50,638 bases of DNA from Alphaproteobacteria bacterium (GTDB lineage: Bacteria > Pseudomonadota > Alphaproteobacteria > Micavibrionales > Micavibrionaceae), in assembly GCA_018063145.1 (NCBI GenBank), contig JAGOQV010000001.1, forward strand, positions 1 to 50,638. Direction: 5' to 3'. The position numbers were made by a program, and so were the translations under genes. Under the pieces are notes generated by a model, which saw only the letters and a program-made list of their open reading frames with translations, did not search any database and was not told where the DNA came from. Shown here in pieces: positions 29,222 to 39,123 of this stretch. The first letter of the stretch is position 1; the number at the start of each line of letters is the position of its first letter.

Positions 29222-30340
29222 GTGCTGGGGTTTGGAAAGAAATCTGCCGACCTTGAATTACCCACCACTTCCGGCGGAGTTCTTTCGCCGAAAGTGTTTG
29301 GAATCACTCTTGGCGGATTGATTGTTGCTTTCTCTCTAGCCGTCGGGGGGATGAGTTTTGTTGTGCCCCCCCTTCCTGTGCCTCCTGTTTCGGAGGGAAC
29401 AATCACTCTGCCCAAAGCAATGGCGGCACAAGAAGAAATCTCTCCTCCCTCAACATCCACCCCAGACCCGCAAGAAGAAACGCCTACTCCCCCTCTTGAA
29501 GAAACACCTCCCCCCACCCATGAACAAGCGAATGTTCAAGCGCCGGTTGAAGATTCCATAGCAGGCCTTGCCGAAACAACCGATTATGGGATGCTTCCTC
29601 AAATCCGTAAGGAAGATGGTCTCACTCCCTTTAAGGCCTATCAAGCTTCCTTCGCTCCCCGCGCCGGAACCAAGGCTCTTGTTTCGTTGGTGATGGTTGA
29701 TTTTGGGCTCTCGTCAACATCATCGCTTTCTGCCCTTAACAACCTACCGAAAGGGATTACGTATGTCGTCAGTCCCTACACTCTGGACCTCCAATCATGG
29801 GTCACGAGAGCGCGGGAAAGAGGAAGTGAAGTATGGCTTAGCCTCCCCCTACAAACCCGCGACTACCCTAATAATGACTCCGGCCCCTTGACTGTGCTCG
29901 CAGGAAGCGGAGAGGATGCAAACAAAGCACGGCTGCTTTCAGCTTTGGGCAAAGCCACAGGCTACCCGGGCGTACTGCTAACTGGTTCTCCGAGTTTTGA
30001 TACCGATAAAGCCGGACTGGATTCTGTGTTTGCGTCATTGGCAGAAAGGGGATTGGGGGTTGTACAAGCCGACCCACAAGATCGCCTTACCTCATCTTAC
30101 GCCACGCAAAAATCTCTTCCTTTTATTCAAGCCACACACTGGATTGATACAAGCCTTGAGAAAGAAAAAGTTGAAGCCCGCTTACAACAAATTGAAAAAG
30201 ACGCCATTGAGCGTAGGACTACCATCGCATTTTTTCACCCCTACCCCTCTCTCCTCGACCACCTGACAGGCTGGAAAAAAGAGTTAGAAGCCAAAGGGAT
30301 TGAGCTTGCCCCGCTTTCTGCGGCAATTACCAACAAATAA
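29222..30340 (+). CDS. Divergent polysaccharide deacetylase family protein (YibQ-like)
   Basis: TM anchor plus a Pro-rich linker. C-terminal LVSLVMVDFGLS...ITYVVSPYT...EVWLSLPLQTRDYPNNDSGP resembles YibQ. It follows EnvC-like and CtpA genes, as in many Proteobacteria. Confidence 0.7.
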   Translation: MLGFGKKSADLELPTTSGGVLSPKVFGITLGGLIVAFSLAVGGMSFVVPPLPVPPVSEGTITLPKAMAAQEEISPPSTSTPDPQEETPTPPLEETPPPTHEQANVQAPVEDSIAGLAETTDYGMLPQIRKEDGLTPFKAYQASFAPRAGTKALVSLVMVDFGLSSTSSLSALNNLPKGITYVVSPYTLDLQSWVTRARERGSEVWLSLPLQTRDYPNNDSGPLTVLAGSGEDANKARLLSALGKATGYPGVLLTGSPSFDTDKAGLDSVFASLAERGLGVVQADPQDRLTSSYATQKSLPFIQATHWIDTSLEKEKVEARLQQIEKDAIERRTTIAFFHPYPSLLDHLTGWKKELEAKGIELAPLSAAITNK

Positions 30341-30357
30341 CAACGACCGGACACAAA

Positions 30358-30822
30358 ATGAATTCTCTTCCCTATCGCCCATGTGTGGGCCTTGCTTTAT
30401 TTAATCGAGATGGAAAAGTTTTTGTCGGGGAACGCTACGATTCCCCAGATGCATGGCAAATGCCTCAAGGCGGCATTGATGAAAATGAAGAAATTCTTGA
30501 AGCTGCCTTTCGGGAAATGGAAGAAGAGATTGGAACAAACAAGGCGGACCTTATTCGCATTGCCCCAGAGAAAATCCGTTATGACGTTCCCACAGAACTT
30601 GCCCAAAAACATTGGGGCGGACAGTACCGGGGGCAAGAACAAACATGGCTTGCCCTGCGCTTCACGGGCCACGACAGCGACATCGACCTCTCTGCCCATA
30701 CGCCCGCGGAATTCAATCGCTGGCAATGGGTTCCGCTCAAAGAAACCGTTGATCTAATTGTCCCTTTCAAAAGGATCGCGTATAGCAAGGTTATTGATTT
30801 CTTTTCCGACATTGCCCGCTAA
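30358..30822 (+). CDS. rppH: RNA pyrophosphohydrolase (Nudix)
   Basis: LPYRPCVGLALFN, WQMPQGGIDENEEILEAAFREMEEEIG (Nudix box). Confidence 0.9.
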   Translation: MNSLPYRPCVGLALFNRDGKVFVGERYDSPDAWQMPQGGIDENEEILEAAFREMEEEIGTNKADLIRIAPEKIRYDVPTELAQKHWGGQYRGQEQTWLALRFTGHDSDIDLSAHTPAEFNRWQWVPLKETVDLIVPFKRIAYSKVIDFFSDIAR

Positions 30823-30848
30823 AAAAAAGGCCCTCATCGGGCCTTTTT
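30821..30848. terminator. Bidirectional rho-independent terminator (rppH / tolB convergent)
   Basis: aaaaaaaa-ggccc-tcatc-gggcc-ttttt. Confidence 0.75.
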
Positions 30849-30854
30849 AGCTTA

Positions 30855-32156
30855 TTAGGGATTCATCGGAGACCACGCCGGATCAGACGCATCTCCAGAT
30901 GTTTTCAGCTGGCGTTCGTTAAATCCAGTCAGGTCAATGCTGTAAATACTCGCCTTGCCCGGGGATTCCTTGAAGAAGGCCAGAACGCGACCATTGGGCG
31001 ACCATGTTGGACCTTCAACGTGGAAGGCATTGGTAATCAATCGTTCCCCAGTCCCATCAGGACGAACCACCCCAATATAGAATTGGCCTTTGAGCATTTT
31101 TGTAAAAGCAATCAAATCACCCCGTGGAGACCAGACTGGCCCCGCATAACGACCATCGCCAAAGGTAATCCGGTGTTGATTGCCACCGCTCGAGTCCATC
31201 ACATAGAGCTGTTGCGTTCCGCCACGGTCAGACTCAAAGACAATCTTGGACCCATCTGGTGCATAGCAAGGAGCCGTATCAATCGAAGGCGTATCCGTTA
31301 AGCGTTGAGGGCGACGGCTGCGCAAATCCATCGAATAAATATCCGAGTTCCCGTTTTGAGACATCGACATGATAACCTTGGACCCGTCTGGTGAAAACCG
31401 AGGAGAGAAGGTCATGCCCGGGAAATCTCCCACCAATTCCTGACGCCCTGTTTCAAGATCATAGATGTAAACACGCGGCTTCCCGTTCACATAGGCGAAA
31501 TAGGTGATCGTTTGTGTGCTTGGTGAAAAGCGTGGAGTCAAAACCATATTTTTGCCATCGGTCAGATAGCGTTGATTGGCTCCATCTTGATCCATGATTG
31601 CAAGCCGTTTCACGCGGTTAACCGCAGGACCAGATTCCGCAACATACACAATACGCGTATCAAAATAGCCGTTCTCTCCAGTCAGGCGTTTATAAATTTC
31701 ATCCGCAATAATGTGGGCAATGCGCCGCCAGTTTTGCGGCGTGGTCATATAGGCCATACCCGTCAATTGTTGTTGAGCATAAACATCAAACAAGCGAAAC
31801 TCGACCCGAGTCCGGCCATCCGCCGCTTTGGTAATCACGCCACTCACGAGAGCCTGCGTGTTGATAGCCTTCCATTCATTGAAACGAATCTGGGTTTGCA
31901 AAGAAGGTGCGTCCTGAATAAAGGCGCGGGGATCAACCAAACGGAACAATCCAGTGCTGACCAGATCATTTGCAATCACCTGTGGAATAGAGGTGGCAAA
32001 TTCCTGACCAGAAGCGTCGTTTGGAACAAAATTGGTAATTGCAACCGGAATGGGATCTGATGTCCCGCGAGTTACATCAATCTTCAATTCGGCCCGCGCC
32101 ACGCTCGGAGCCAAAACCATAAACACGGCCAAAACAAGGAAAGAAAAATATCTCAT
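30855..32156 (-). CDS. tolB: Tol-Pal system beta-propeller protein TolB
   Basis: Signal peptide. Repeated propeller blades PRFSPDGSKV, PCYAPDGSKIVF, PVWSPRGDLIAF, PTWSPNGRVLAF. Confidence 0.95.
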   Translation of the reverse strand: MRYFSFLVLAVFMVLAPSVARAELKIDVTRGTSDPIPVAITNFVPNDASGQEFATSIPQVIANDLVSTGLFRLVDPRAFIQDAPSLQTQIRFNEWKAINTQALVSGVITKAADGRTRVEFRLFDVYAQQQLTGMAYMTTPQNWRRIAHIIADEIYKRLTGENGYFDTRIVYVAESGPAVNRVKRLAIMDQDGANQRYLTDGKNMVLTPRFSPSTQTITYFAYVNGKPRVYIYDLETGRQELVGDFPGMTFSPRFSPDGSKVIMSMSQNGNSDIYSMDLRSRRPQRLTDTPSIDTAPCYAPDGSKIVFESDRGGTQQLYVMDSSGGNQHRITFGDGRYAGPVWSPRGDLIAFTKMLKGQFYIGVVRPDGTGERLITNAFHVEGPTWSPNGRVLAFFKESPGKASIYSIDLTGFNERQLKTSGDASDPAWSPMNP

Positions 32157-33067
32157 CAGAACATATCCTTTGGGTCAAAAACGATGGTCATATCTCGCCA
32201 CTGATCATACTTATCTGGTGGCAAATTCAAAGGGGTGCAGTGCGGGTTGCGCACAGCTCTCAGTGCGCTATCAGCCGCGGCCCGAAAGAAGGTATCGCTG
32301 TTATATCGGCTTTGGTCAACAACTTTGGCGGATAGGACCGTTCGGTCGGGATTCACCACCACTTGCACTTCAACCGCCAAATCCTCCGAATTTGCGGCCC
32401 CTGCCATAATATTCCAGCACCCGCTCAGTTGTTGGCGCAAAGCATCTTGCTCGCTCATGCTCAAGACATCGGAAAAACGGCTAACATTAGGGGCCGGAGA
32501 AGGATCAGCCTCTTTGGTTTGCTCATTCGGCGGAACTTCAGGCTGAGGCAATTCCTCATCTGGCGTTAAATTTTTCAGAAGATTGTCAAAATCGGGTTTC
32601 GTATCCTTTTTAGGCTCCTTTTTGGGTTCAGGCTTCTTCTCGGGTTTCTTTTCCGGCTTTTTGTCGTCTTTTTTCTTTTCCGGTTTTTTCTCAGGAGCCA
32701 ACTCGTCCAAAATTTCATCCACCGACTTATCAGGCTTGGGTGGTTCTTTTAATTTATTCTGATCGGGAACCGGAGGCTCCACCTGAGGAGGAGGAGTTTT
32801 TTTCTCAGGCTTCGGGGGTTCTTCCTTTTTTTCCTCTTTAGGAGGAGCTTTAACAGGGGGTTTATTGGTGGTCGTCAACTCAGAAATATTCGCCACCATT
32901 TCAATCGGAACAGGCTCAGCCAGAACCAAGTCTTTTTTGAAATGTGGCAATCCGACAATCACCAACAGCAACACAACAGCATGAAACCCAAGAGAAATCA
33001 TCAAGGGTTTCTTCATATGCGGTTCTCGCAAACCTGTGTGTGTTTTCTGACGCGGCGTATCGTTCAT
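32156..33067 (-). CDS. tolA: TolA-like protein (TM anchor, Lys/Pro/Glu-rich domain II, TolA/TonB-type C-terminal domain)
   Basis: MKKPLMISLGFHAVVLLLVIVGL anchor. PEKKPEKKKDDKKPEKKPEKKPEPKKEPKK low-complexity region. Lies between tolR and tolB, with an ATGA overlap with tolB. ATG at 33016 is an alternative start. Confidence 0.85.
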   Translation of the reverse strand: MNDTPRQKTHTGLREPHMKKPLMISLGFHAVVLLLVIVGLPHFKKDLVLAEPVPIEMVANISELTTTNKPPVKAPPKEEKKEEPPKPEKKTPPPQVEPPVPDQNKLKEPPKPDKSVDEILDELAPEKKPEKKKDDKKPEKKPEKKPEPKKEPKKDTKPDFDNLLKNLTPDEELPQPEVPPNEQTKEADPSPAPNVSRFSDVLSMSEQDALRQQLSGCWNIMAGAANSEDLAVEVQVVVNPDRTVLSAKVVDQSRYNSDTFFRAAADSALRAVRNPHCTPLNLPPDKYDQWRDMTIVFDPKDMF

Positions 33068-33089
33068 TATCCATCAACATTCAATCAAA

Positions 33090-33542
33090 TCAACGGCGAC
33101 CAACAGAGGAAGGCTCCGAAATCAAAGCAACCTTGCGGTAACCTGCTTTGTTAATTGATCCTATAATCTCCATGACTACACCGTAAGATAGTCCTTGATC
33201 GGCTCGAATAAAGACCCTGCGTTCCACATCGTCGCCTGTAATGGCGGACAGCTTGACAATCAGTTCTTCTTTGCTGACTTTGGTCTCCCCGATAGAAATC
33301 ACGCCAGATTTTGATACGGTCACTTCTAGAGGCTTCTCGTCCTTGTCATTGACCGATCCTGCCTCAGATTTAGGCAAGTCCACCTGCACCCCCGCCGTCA
33401 ACAATGGGGCCGTCACCATGAAGACAATCAGCAAAACCAGCATCACATCAATAAAGGGCGTAACATTGATTTCGGACATCGGGCGAAATGTACGCCGTCC
33501 ACCGTATCCAGTACCTCCACGCGTTTGAACATTCATTCCCAT
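33090..33542 (-). CDS. tolR: Tol-Pal system protein TolR (ExbD/TolR family)
   Basis: MSEINVTPFIDVMLVLLIVFMVTAPL. Confidence 0.9.
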   Translation of the reverse strand: MGMNVQTRGGTGYGGRRTFRPMSEINVTPFIDVMLVLLIVFMVTAPLLTAGVQVDLPKSEAGSVNDKDEKPLEVTVSKSGVISIGETKVSKEELIVKLSAITGDDVERRVFIRADQGLSYGVVMEIIGSINKAGYRKVALISEPSSVGRR

Positions 33543-33545
33543 GGC

Positions 33546-34334
33546 TTAAGCAACCTTTTTTGCAGGACGCTCTTGGCTATCCAGATGACGCGACATGATT
33601 GCAGAAAACTCTGCGCTAAACGCGCTCAAACGATCGGCATAGCGAGCAAGGGCAGTTGAAAAAACATTATACCCGACCATGGCCGGAATGGCCGCAACCA
33701 ACCCCGTTGCCGTAGCAAAAAGAGCCTCCGCAATCCCGGGCGCGACAACGGCCAAAGACGTGTTGTTCATACTGGCAATAGCGGTAAAGGAGTTCATGAT
33801 CCCCCAAACCGTTCCGAACAGGCCAATGAAAGTTGCAGTAGAACCCGTTGTCGCCAGAAAGGTCATCCCGCGTTCCAGAATTTGCATCTCGCGGATAATA
33901 GCCAACGACATCGCCCGCTCGACCCGCTGTTTAAGGCTAGCTTGCAAATTTTCGGAAGTAGGAATCCCAGCGGAGATTCCTGCCTGCCATTCTTCCATTC
34001 CTGCGGTGAAAGTTGTAAGCAGAGGGTCCGGCGGGCTCTTTTTCACGCGCTGAAATAGTTTATCAAGCGGCTCCCCTGACCAGAAAGCTTCCTCGAAGCG
34101 ATCCGCCCGACGGTTGAGCTTTTTGAGAGTCAAACGTTTATAAATGATAATGGACCAGCACCAGATAGACATCCCAATCAAGGTCAGCATGACAAACTGG
34201 ACAACCAGATCCGCACTCATGAACAATCCAACCACGGAAAGATCATGGTGAGGCATAGCCCCTGCGGCTGTTCCCGCAATTTCAGCAGCGTCAACAGGAG
34301 TGGTTGCCGTTTCAGGTATGGAAGATGATGTCAT
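33546..34334 (-). CDS. tolQ: Tol-Pal system protein TolQ (MotA/TolQ/ExbB family)
   Basis: LATTGSTATFIGLFGTVWGIMNSF, VVAPGIAEALFATATGLVAAIPA. Confidence 0.92.
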   Translation of the reverse strand: MTSSSIPETATTPVDAAEIAGTAAGAMPHHDLSVVGLFMSADLVVQFVMLTLIGMSIWCWSIIIYKRLTLKKLNRRADRFEEAFWSGEPLDKLFQRVKKSPPDPLLTTFTAGMEEWQAGISAGIPTSENLQASLKQRVERAMSLAIIREMQILERGMTFLATTGSTATFIGLFGTVWGIMNSFTAIASMNNTSLAVVAPGIAEALFATATGLVAAIPAMVGYNVFSTALARYADRLSAFSAEFSAIMSRHLDSQERPAKKVA

Positions 34335-34744
34335 TCTACTGGTCCTTTTTCAAAGAGCTTGTCACGCACAGCGGCAGGTAAACGGAATGGCCGCCCATCT
34401 TCCCCCACACAAACCAACACGATTTTCATAGCGCAAATGAGCTGTTCGCCCCGCATGACATCCTGCTTCATTTCAAAACTGGTATTTTTGAGTGTTAGAA
34501 GTTTGGTTTTAACGGTCAAATTGTCATCCAGCCGTGCGGGGGTAAAGTACTCGGCTTCGACCCGTTTGACAAGAAATAATACGCGGTTTTCCTTGAAAAG
34601 CTGGGAGTTTTCAAAGCCAATATCCCGCAAAAACTCGGTACGGCCCCGTTCCGCGAATTTCAAGTAATTCGCATAAAACACAACCCCGCCCGCATCGGTA
34701 TCTTCGTAGTAAATTCTGACGGGCAGCTCATGAACATTATTCAT
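34331..34744 (-). CDS. ybgC: Tol-Pal-associated acyl-CoA thioesterase (4HBT family)
   Basis: [34 protein letters not shown] at 34744 preferred; the longer ORF would overlap ruvB by about 70 nt. Confidence 0.88.
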   Translation of the reverse strand: MNNVHELPVRIYYEDTDAGGVVFYANYLKFAERGRTEFLRDIGFENSQLFKENRVLFLVKRVEAEYFTPARLDDNLTVKTKLLTLKNTSFEMKQDVMRGEQLICAMKIVLVCVGEDGRPFRLPAAVRDKLFEKGPVE

Positions 34745-35777
34745 CAAAAAATCCTGTCTGTGAGTTGTCTCCCTGAGGCGTGAGTCCCAGATACCCATAC
34801 CCTGCACTTGAGAGCATCCTCCCCCGTGGAGAACGGTTAATCAGTCCCTGCTGAAGCAAATAGGGTTCCACCACATCTTCGATCACATCCCGCTGTTCGG
34901 CCAGAATAGCCGACAAGGTTTCAATACCAACAGGCCCGCCATTATATTTTTCGGCAATCGTGCGCAAGTAGCGACGATCCATACTATCCAACCCCTGCCC
35001 GTCCACGTCCAACCGCCGCAAGGCAGCATCCGCCGTTGCTGCATTAATCTCCCCTCCCCCTGCGACATGGGCAAAGTCACGCACACGGCGAGTCAAGCGT
35101 CCGGCTAAACGAGGAGTCCCTCGTGAGCGTTTGGCAATTTCCATGGCACCATCTTCACTCATACGAATATTCAAAAGCCCCGCTGTGCGCTTCACAATCA
35201 ACGACAATTCTTCCGGAGAGTAAAACTCAAGCCGCAGAGGAATCCCAAAACGGTCCCGAAGAGGATTGGTCAAAAGACCGCTGCGTGTTGTCGCCCCGAC
35301 CAAGGTAAAAGGCGGCAAATCAATTTGCACCGATCTTGCCGCTGGTCCTTCCCCAATCATCAAATCCAGCTTGCGATCTTCCATCGCCGGATAAAGAATT
35401 TCCTCAACCGCTGGATTAAGCCGATGAATTTCATCAATGAAGAGGACATCAAACGGTTGAAGATTGGTAAGCAGTGCCGCCAAATCCCCTGCCCGCGCAA
35501 TAACGGGTCCAGAGGTTGCACGAAACCCAACCCCCATTTCCCGCGCCACAATCTGAGCGAGTGTGGTTTTTCCGAGGCCAGGCGGGCCAAACAAAAGAAC
35601 ATGGTCCAGCGCGTCTTGACGGGCTTTTGCTGCCTCAACAAACACACGAAGATTCGCCCGTAACTCCTTCTGGCCAATAAATTCTTCAATGGTTTGAGGA
35701 CGAAGAGCCCCTTCCTCCCGCCCTTCATTTTCAAAAGATTCTACTGACAGATCATTGAGTTTGGGCTGCAGGCTCAT
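34737..35777 (-). CDS. ruvB: Holliday junction branch migration helicase RuvB
   Basis: [12 protein letters not shown], Walker [12 protein letters not shown], Walker [28 protein letters not shown]. Confidence 0.96.
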   Translation of the reverse strand: MSLQPKLNDLSVESFENEGREEGALRPQTIEEFIGQKELRANLRVFVEAAKARQDALDHVLLFGPPGLGKTTLAQIVAREMGVGFRATSGPVIARAGDLAALLTNLQPFDVLFIDEIHRLNPAVEEILYPAMEDRKLDLMIGEGPAARSVQIDLPPFTLVGATTRSGLLTNPLRDRFGIPLRLEFYSPEELSLIVKRTAGLLNIRMSEDGAMEIAKRSRGTPRLAGRLTRRVRDFAHVAGGGEINAATADAALRRLDVDGQGLDSMDRRYLRTIAEKYNGGPVGIETLSAILAEQRDVIEDVVEPYLLQQGLINRSPRGRMLSSAGYGYLGLTPQGDNSQTGFFDE

Positions 35778-36418
35778 CGCATCAACTCCTTGAGGGCAGA
35801 TTTAATCAGCCCATCAATTGTTGGAGGGGTGTCATCGTTTGATTTCTGGCGCGCTTGCATCACTGCAGAAAAAGCCTCGGAGCGGGCATAACCAAGATTA
35901 ACCAGTGCCGACACCGCATCCTGATCCAGCGAAAAATTAGAAGGCGGCAAGGGGGTCTCTCCTTTTGCCCCCGATTTCTTTTTAACTGGCTCTGCTTGTA
36001 AATTTCCAAGATTGAGCGCAGAAACTTTGTCTTTAAGTTCCGTCACAATCCGCACGGCAAGTTTTGGCCCCACGCCTTCGGCCTGCCGCAGAGCATTGCT
36101 ATCATTCGAGGCAATCGCCACAACCAAACAATCCGGTGCGCAAACCGAAAGAATAGACAATCCAGACTTGGCCCCCACCCCTTGAACTGAGGTCAGCAGA
36201 CGGAACCAATCCCGCTCGGCCACGGATGAAAACCCATAGAGATGGATATGGTCCTCACGAACATGAGTTTCAATCAACAACGAGACGGGATCACCGAAGT
36301 TTCCAATCATCCCAAGAGTCTTTCCGCTAGCGAAGACATGATAACCAACCCCGTTTACATCCAGAATCAGGCTATCTTGAAACAGCGTATCAATTTTTCC
36401 TGTGAGTTTTGCAAACAT
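35774..36418 (-). CDS. ruvA: Holliday junction DNA-binding protein RuvA
   Basis: MFAKLTGKI...[40 protein letters not shown] (HhH motifs). Confidence 0.93.
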   Translation of the reverse strand: MFAKLTGKIDTLFQDSLILDVNGVGYHVFASGKTLGMIGNFGDPVSLLIETHVREDHIHLYGFSSVAERDWFRLLTSVQGVGAKSGLSILSVCAPDCLVVAIASNDSNALRQAEGVGPKLAVRIVTELKDKVSALNLGNLQAEPVKKKSGAKGETPLPPSNFSLDQDAVSALVNLGYARSEAFSAVMQARQKSNDDTPPTIDGLIKSALKELMR

Positions 36419-36424
36419 GGACTT

Positions 36425-36928
36425 TCAACGTCCTTTCAAGGCAGAGTGAATCATCTGGTTTGATTGTGCATGATGAGCATGGCAAATAGCAACCGCCAAA
36501 GCATCCGCTGCGTCCGCGCTCAACTCCCCACAACTTGGCAATAACACTTTCATCATCATGCCAATTTGCTCTTTGGCAGCGTGTCCTGCGCCGACCACCG
36601 ATTTTTTGACTAAGTTCGCCGAATATTCAGCCACATCTATACCATAACGGGTAGGAGCCAAAATCCCAATTCCCCGCGCCTGTCCCAATTTCAAGGAAGA
36701 AGCGGCATTTTTGTTCACAAAGGTTTCTTCAATTGCCGCAGTTTCGGGCTGCCACCGCGCCAAAATCTCAGTCAATTCTGTGTCAATTTTGAGCAGACGA
36801 ATCCCCATCGCATCAGACGGGCGGGTCCGAATGACTCCTGCCGCGACAAAGCTCAGACGAGAACCTTCGACATCAATGACGCCCCATCCTGTCTTTTCCA
36901 GCCCGGGATCAACCCCCAATACCCGCAT
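36425..36928 (-). CDS. ruvC: Crossover junction endodeoxyribonuclease RuvC
   Basis: [55 protein letters not shown]. Confidence 0.94.
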   Translation of the reverse strand: MRVLGVDPGLEKTGWGVIDVEGSRLSFVAAGVIRTRPSDAMGIRLLKIDTELTEILARWQPETAAIEETFVNKNAASSLKLGQARGIGILAPTRYGIDVAEYSANLVKKSVVGAGHAAKEQIGMMMKVLLPSCGELSADAADALAVAICHAHHAQSNQMIHSALKGR

Positions 36929-36931
36929 GAA

Positions 36932-37687
36932 CTAGCCCGCTGCCATAAGTTTTTGTAAAACTTCATCACTTACTTCAAAATTGGTCACGACCGATTGCAC
37001 ATCGTCATTGTCTTCAAGCACATCAATCAGCTTCATCAAAGTAACCGCCGTATCTGCCTCCACCGGAGCCATCACGTTTGGTTTCCATGTAAAACCTGAT
37101 TTTTCAGCTTCACCGAATTTTTTCTCAAGAGCTTCACGCACCGCAACAAAATCACCAATCGAGGTGATGACTTCATGGAAATCTTCCCCTGTTTCAACGT
37201 TATCCGCCCCAGCTTCCACCGCTGCTTCAAACATCGTATCCGCACTGATTTTTCCAAGAGGGTAGATAATCTGGCCAATATGTTCAAACATGAAGCCCAC
37301 TGAACCGGTTTCCCCCAGATTTCCGCCATATTTGCTAAAAGCCGAGCGAACCTCGCCTGCCGTCCGGTTTTTATTGTCGGTCAAGGCCTCAACAATAAAA
37401 GCCACCCCCCCGGGCCCATAGCCTTCGTAGCAAATTTCGAAGTAATCGGTTGTATCTCCGGCCCCCAAACCAGCCTCAATCGACCGCTTGATTCGCTCAT
37501 TTGGCATATTTTCAGCCCGCGCCGCCACAATAGCGGTTCTCAATCGAGGATTAAAATTAGGTTCTCCTCCGCCCATTTTGGCAGCCACCTGAATTTCACG
37601 ACCTAATTTGGTAAAGGCCTTAGCGCGAGAGGCATCTGCGCGGCCTTTTTTGTGCATAATATTCTTGTACTTGGAATGACCCGCCAT
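36932..37687 (-). CDS. YebC/PmpR-family DNA-binding transcriptional regulator
   Basis: MAGHSKYKNIMHKKGRADASRAKAFTKLGREI, NPRLRTAIVAARAENMP. Confidence 0.93.
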   Translation of the reverse strand: MAGHSKYKNIMHKKGRADASRAKAFTKLGREIQVAAKMGGGEPNFNPRLRTAIVAARAENMPNERIKRSIEAGLGAGDTTDYFEICYEGYGPGGVAFIVEALTDNKNRTAGEVRSAFSKYGGNLGETGSVGFMFEHIGQIIYPLGKISADTMFEAAVEAGADNVETGEDFHEVITSIGDFVAVREALEKKFGEAEKSGFTWKPNVMAPVEADTAVTLMKLIDVLEDNDDVQSVVTNFEVSDEVLQKLMAAG

Positions 37688-37891
37688 GACAAAACTCCTG
37701 AAACGTTACCTTTTTTGAAATATTCCTCGGATATTACCCCCTTGGGTAACACGCACCCCTTGGAAATTCAAGATTTAGGCTTAAAATTATACATATTTCA
37801 TTGACTGAATTTTAAGGGCCTCGCTGTTACACTCCAATTTGGAATTGATAGACTAACCCACAACCCATTTTGAAGTTGATCGCGCCAGAAC

Positions 37892-38527
37892 ATGACATAC
37901 CAGTTTGACCGATTGAAAGTCCTTGTTGTTGAAGACAACCTGCCCATGCTTGAGATTTGCAAGACGCTTCTCATGACTTTTGGTATTGGAGAAGTTTTTA
38001 CAGCCAAGAACAGAGATGAGGGATTTAATATTTTCTGCAAAGAAAACCCCGACTTTGTCCTCGCGGACTGGATGATGTCTCCTATGGACGGAATTTCTTT
38101 AACCCGTCGGATCCGCAATGATCCACGCAGCCCGAACCATTTTACTCCGGTCATTCTCATGACTGGTTTCAGTGAAAGAAAACGGGTTATTCAGGCACGC
38201 GATGCTGGCGTGACTGAGTTTTTGGTAAAACCTTTCACCGCTCGTGATCTTTACAAACGGGTTTCTCAGTTGATTGAACGCCCCAGACAATTTGTTCGAT
38301 GTGAAGACTTTTTCGGTCCAGACCGTCGTCGCAAACCGACCTCTGAATTTCAAGGCCCCTTCCGCCGCGACAGCGACAAACAAAAGGCCTCCGAACAGCG
38401 CGACCGCATGAAAGAAGCCTCTGTCCATCTTGACCGCCTGCGTGAAAACACTGGCCTCATCAGAGGTGGCAAGTTTGAAATCAAGCAGATTGATCTAAAC
38501 AAAGCTTCTGATATAGACTTCGAGTAA
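37892..38527 (+). CDS. Response regulator: receiver domain with a ~85-aa basic C-terminal extension and no recognisable output domain
   Basis: KVLVVEDN, FVLADWMMSPMDG (phospho-acceptor Asp context), PVILMTG, EFLVKPF, then FFGPDRRRKPTSEF... tail. Confidence 0.85.
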   Translation: MTYQFDRLKVLVVEDNLPMLEICKTLLMTFGIGEVFTAKNRDEGFNIFCKENPDFVLADWMMSPMDGISLTRRIRNDPRSPNHFTPVILMTGFSERKRVIQARDAGVTEFLVKPFTARDLYKRVSQLIERPRQFVRCEDFFGPDRRRKPTSEFQGPFRRDSDKQKASEQRDRMKEASVHLDRLRENTGLIRGGKFEIKQIDLNKASDIDFE

Positions 38528-38543
38528 GGAAACAAATCTTTTC

Positions 38544-39110
38544 ATGACTGACAACCTCGACGATCACTACAACATGACCCCTAGGCGGAAAGCCGAATTT
38601 TTCCCGCCAAAGACCTCTTTGAAGCTCAAAGCGGGTACGGGAGGATTGTCTGAAAACATTCTCAACAAGGCGCAGGCCTTACTTGAGGGAAACACTCACG
38701 ATTTTAGACCACTGGGTGAGATGTATCTGGAATCAATGATGCGCGGCGTTGAGAAGGCCAATGATCCGGCTTCGACTGTTTATAGCGAGGAAATCCTCGC
38801 CCATGTGCTCTATCCGGTTATGCAGCTCAAGGCCAATGGCGGAATGTTTCACTATCCTTTGGTCACCAGTATCGCAGATCGCCTGATCCAGTTTCTGGAA
38901 GTCATTGAAACTCTTGATAAAGATGCCATAGAGATTGTTCAGGCCTTCCATACCACCATTCGCGCCATTTTGCTGGGACAAATCAGGGGAGATGGGGGAG
39001 CGCGAGGGGCAGAGTTGATGCAAGCTCTTGTAGAAGCGTGCTATCGCTACTTTGAAAAACATCCTGACAATCGCAATCCGGATTCCCCTCCGCCAGCTAT
39101 TAGCAAGTAA
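38544..39110 (+). CDS. Hypothetical helical protein, possibly HPt-like
   Basis: 16 nt downstream of the receiver gene, with RBS aaggaa. Segment VMQLKANGGMFHYPLVTSIADRLIQFLE resembles the HPt helix pattern HxLKGxaxxxGaxxLxxxaxxLE, but Met sits at the His position. By-eye comparison only. Confidence 0.45.
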   Translation: MTDNLDDHYNMTPRRKAEFFPPKTSLKLKAGTGGLSENILNKAQALLEGNTHDFRPLGEMYLESMMRGVEKANDPASTVYSEEILAHVLYPVMQLKANGGMFHYPLVTSIADRLIQFLEVIETLDKDAIEIVQAFHTTIRAILLGQIRGDGGARGAELMQALVEACYRYFEKHPDNRNPDSPPPAISK

Positions 39111-39123
39111 GTCTCCCTAACCG

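Noticed and set aside
32580-32830. Repetitive DNA (ttttcc/ggcttc-type units) that could be taken for a tandem repeat array.
   Set aside because: It is the coding sequence, on the minus strand, of the Lys/Pro/Glu-rich domain II of TolA (PEKKPEKK...). It is low-complexity protein coding, with no CRISPR-like spacer structure.
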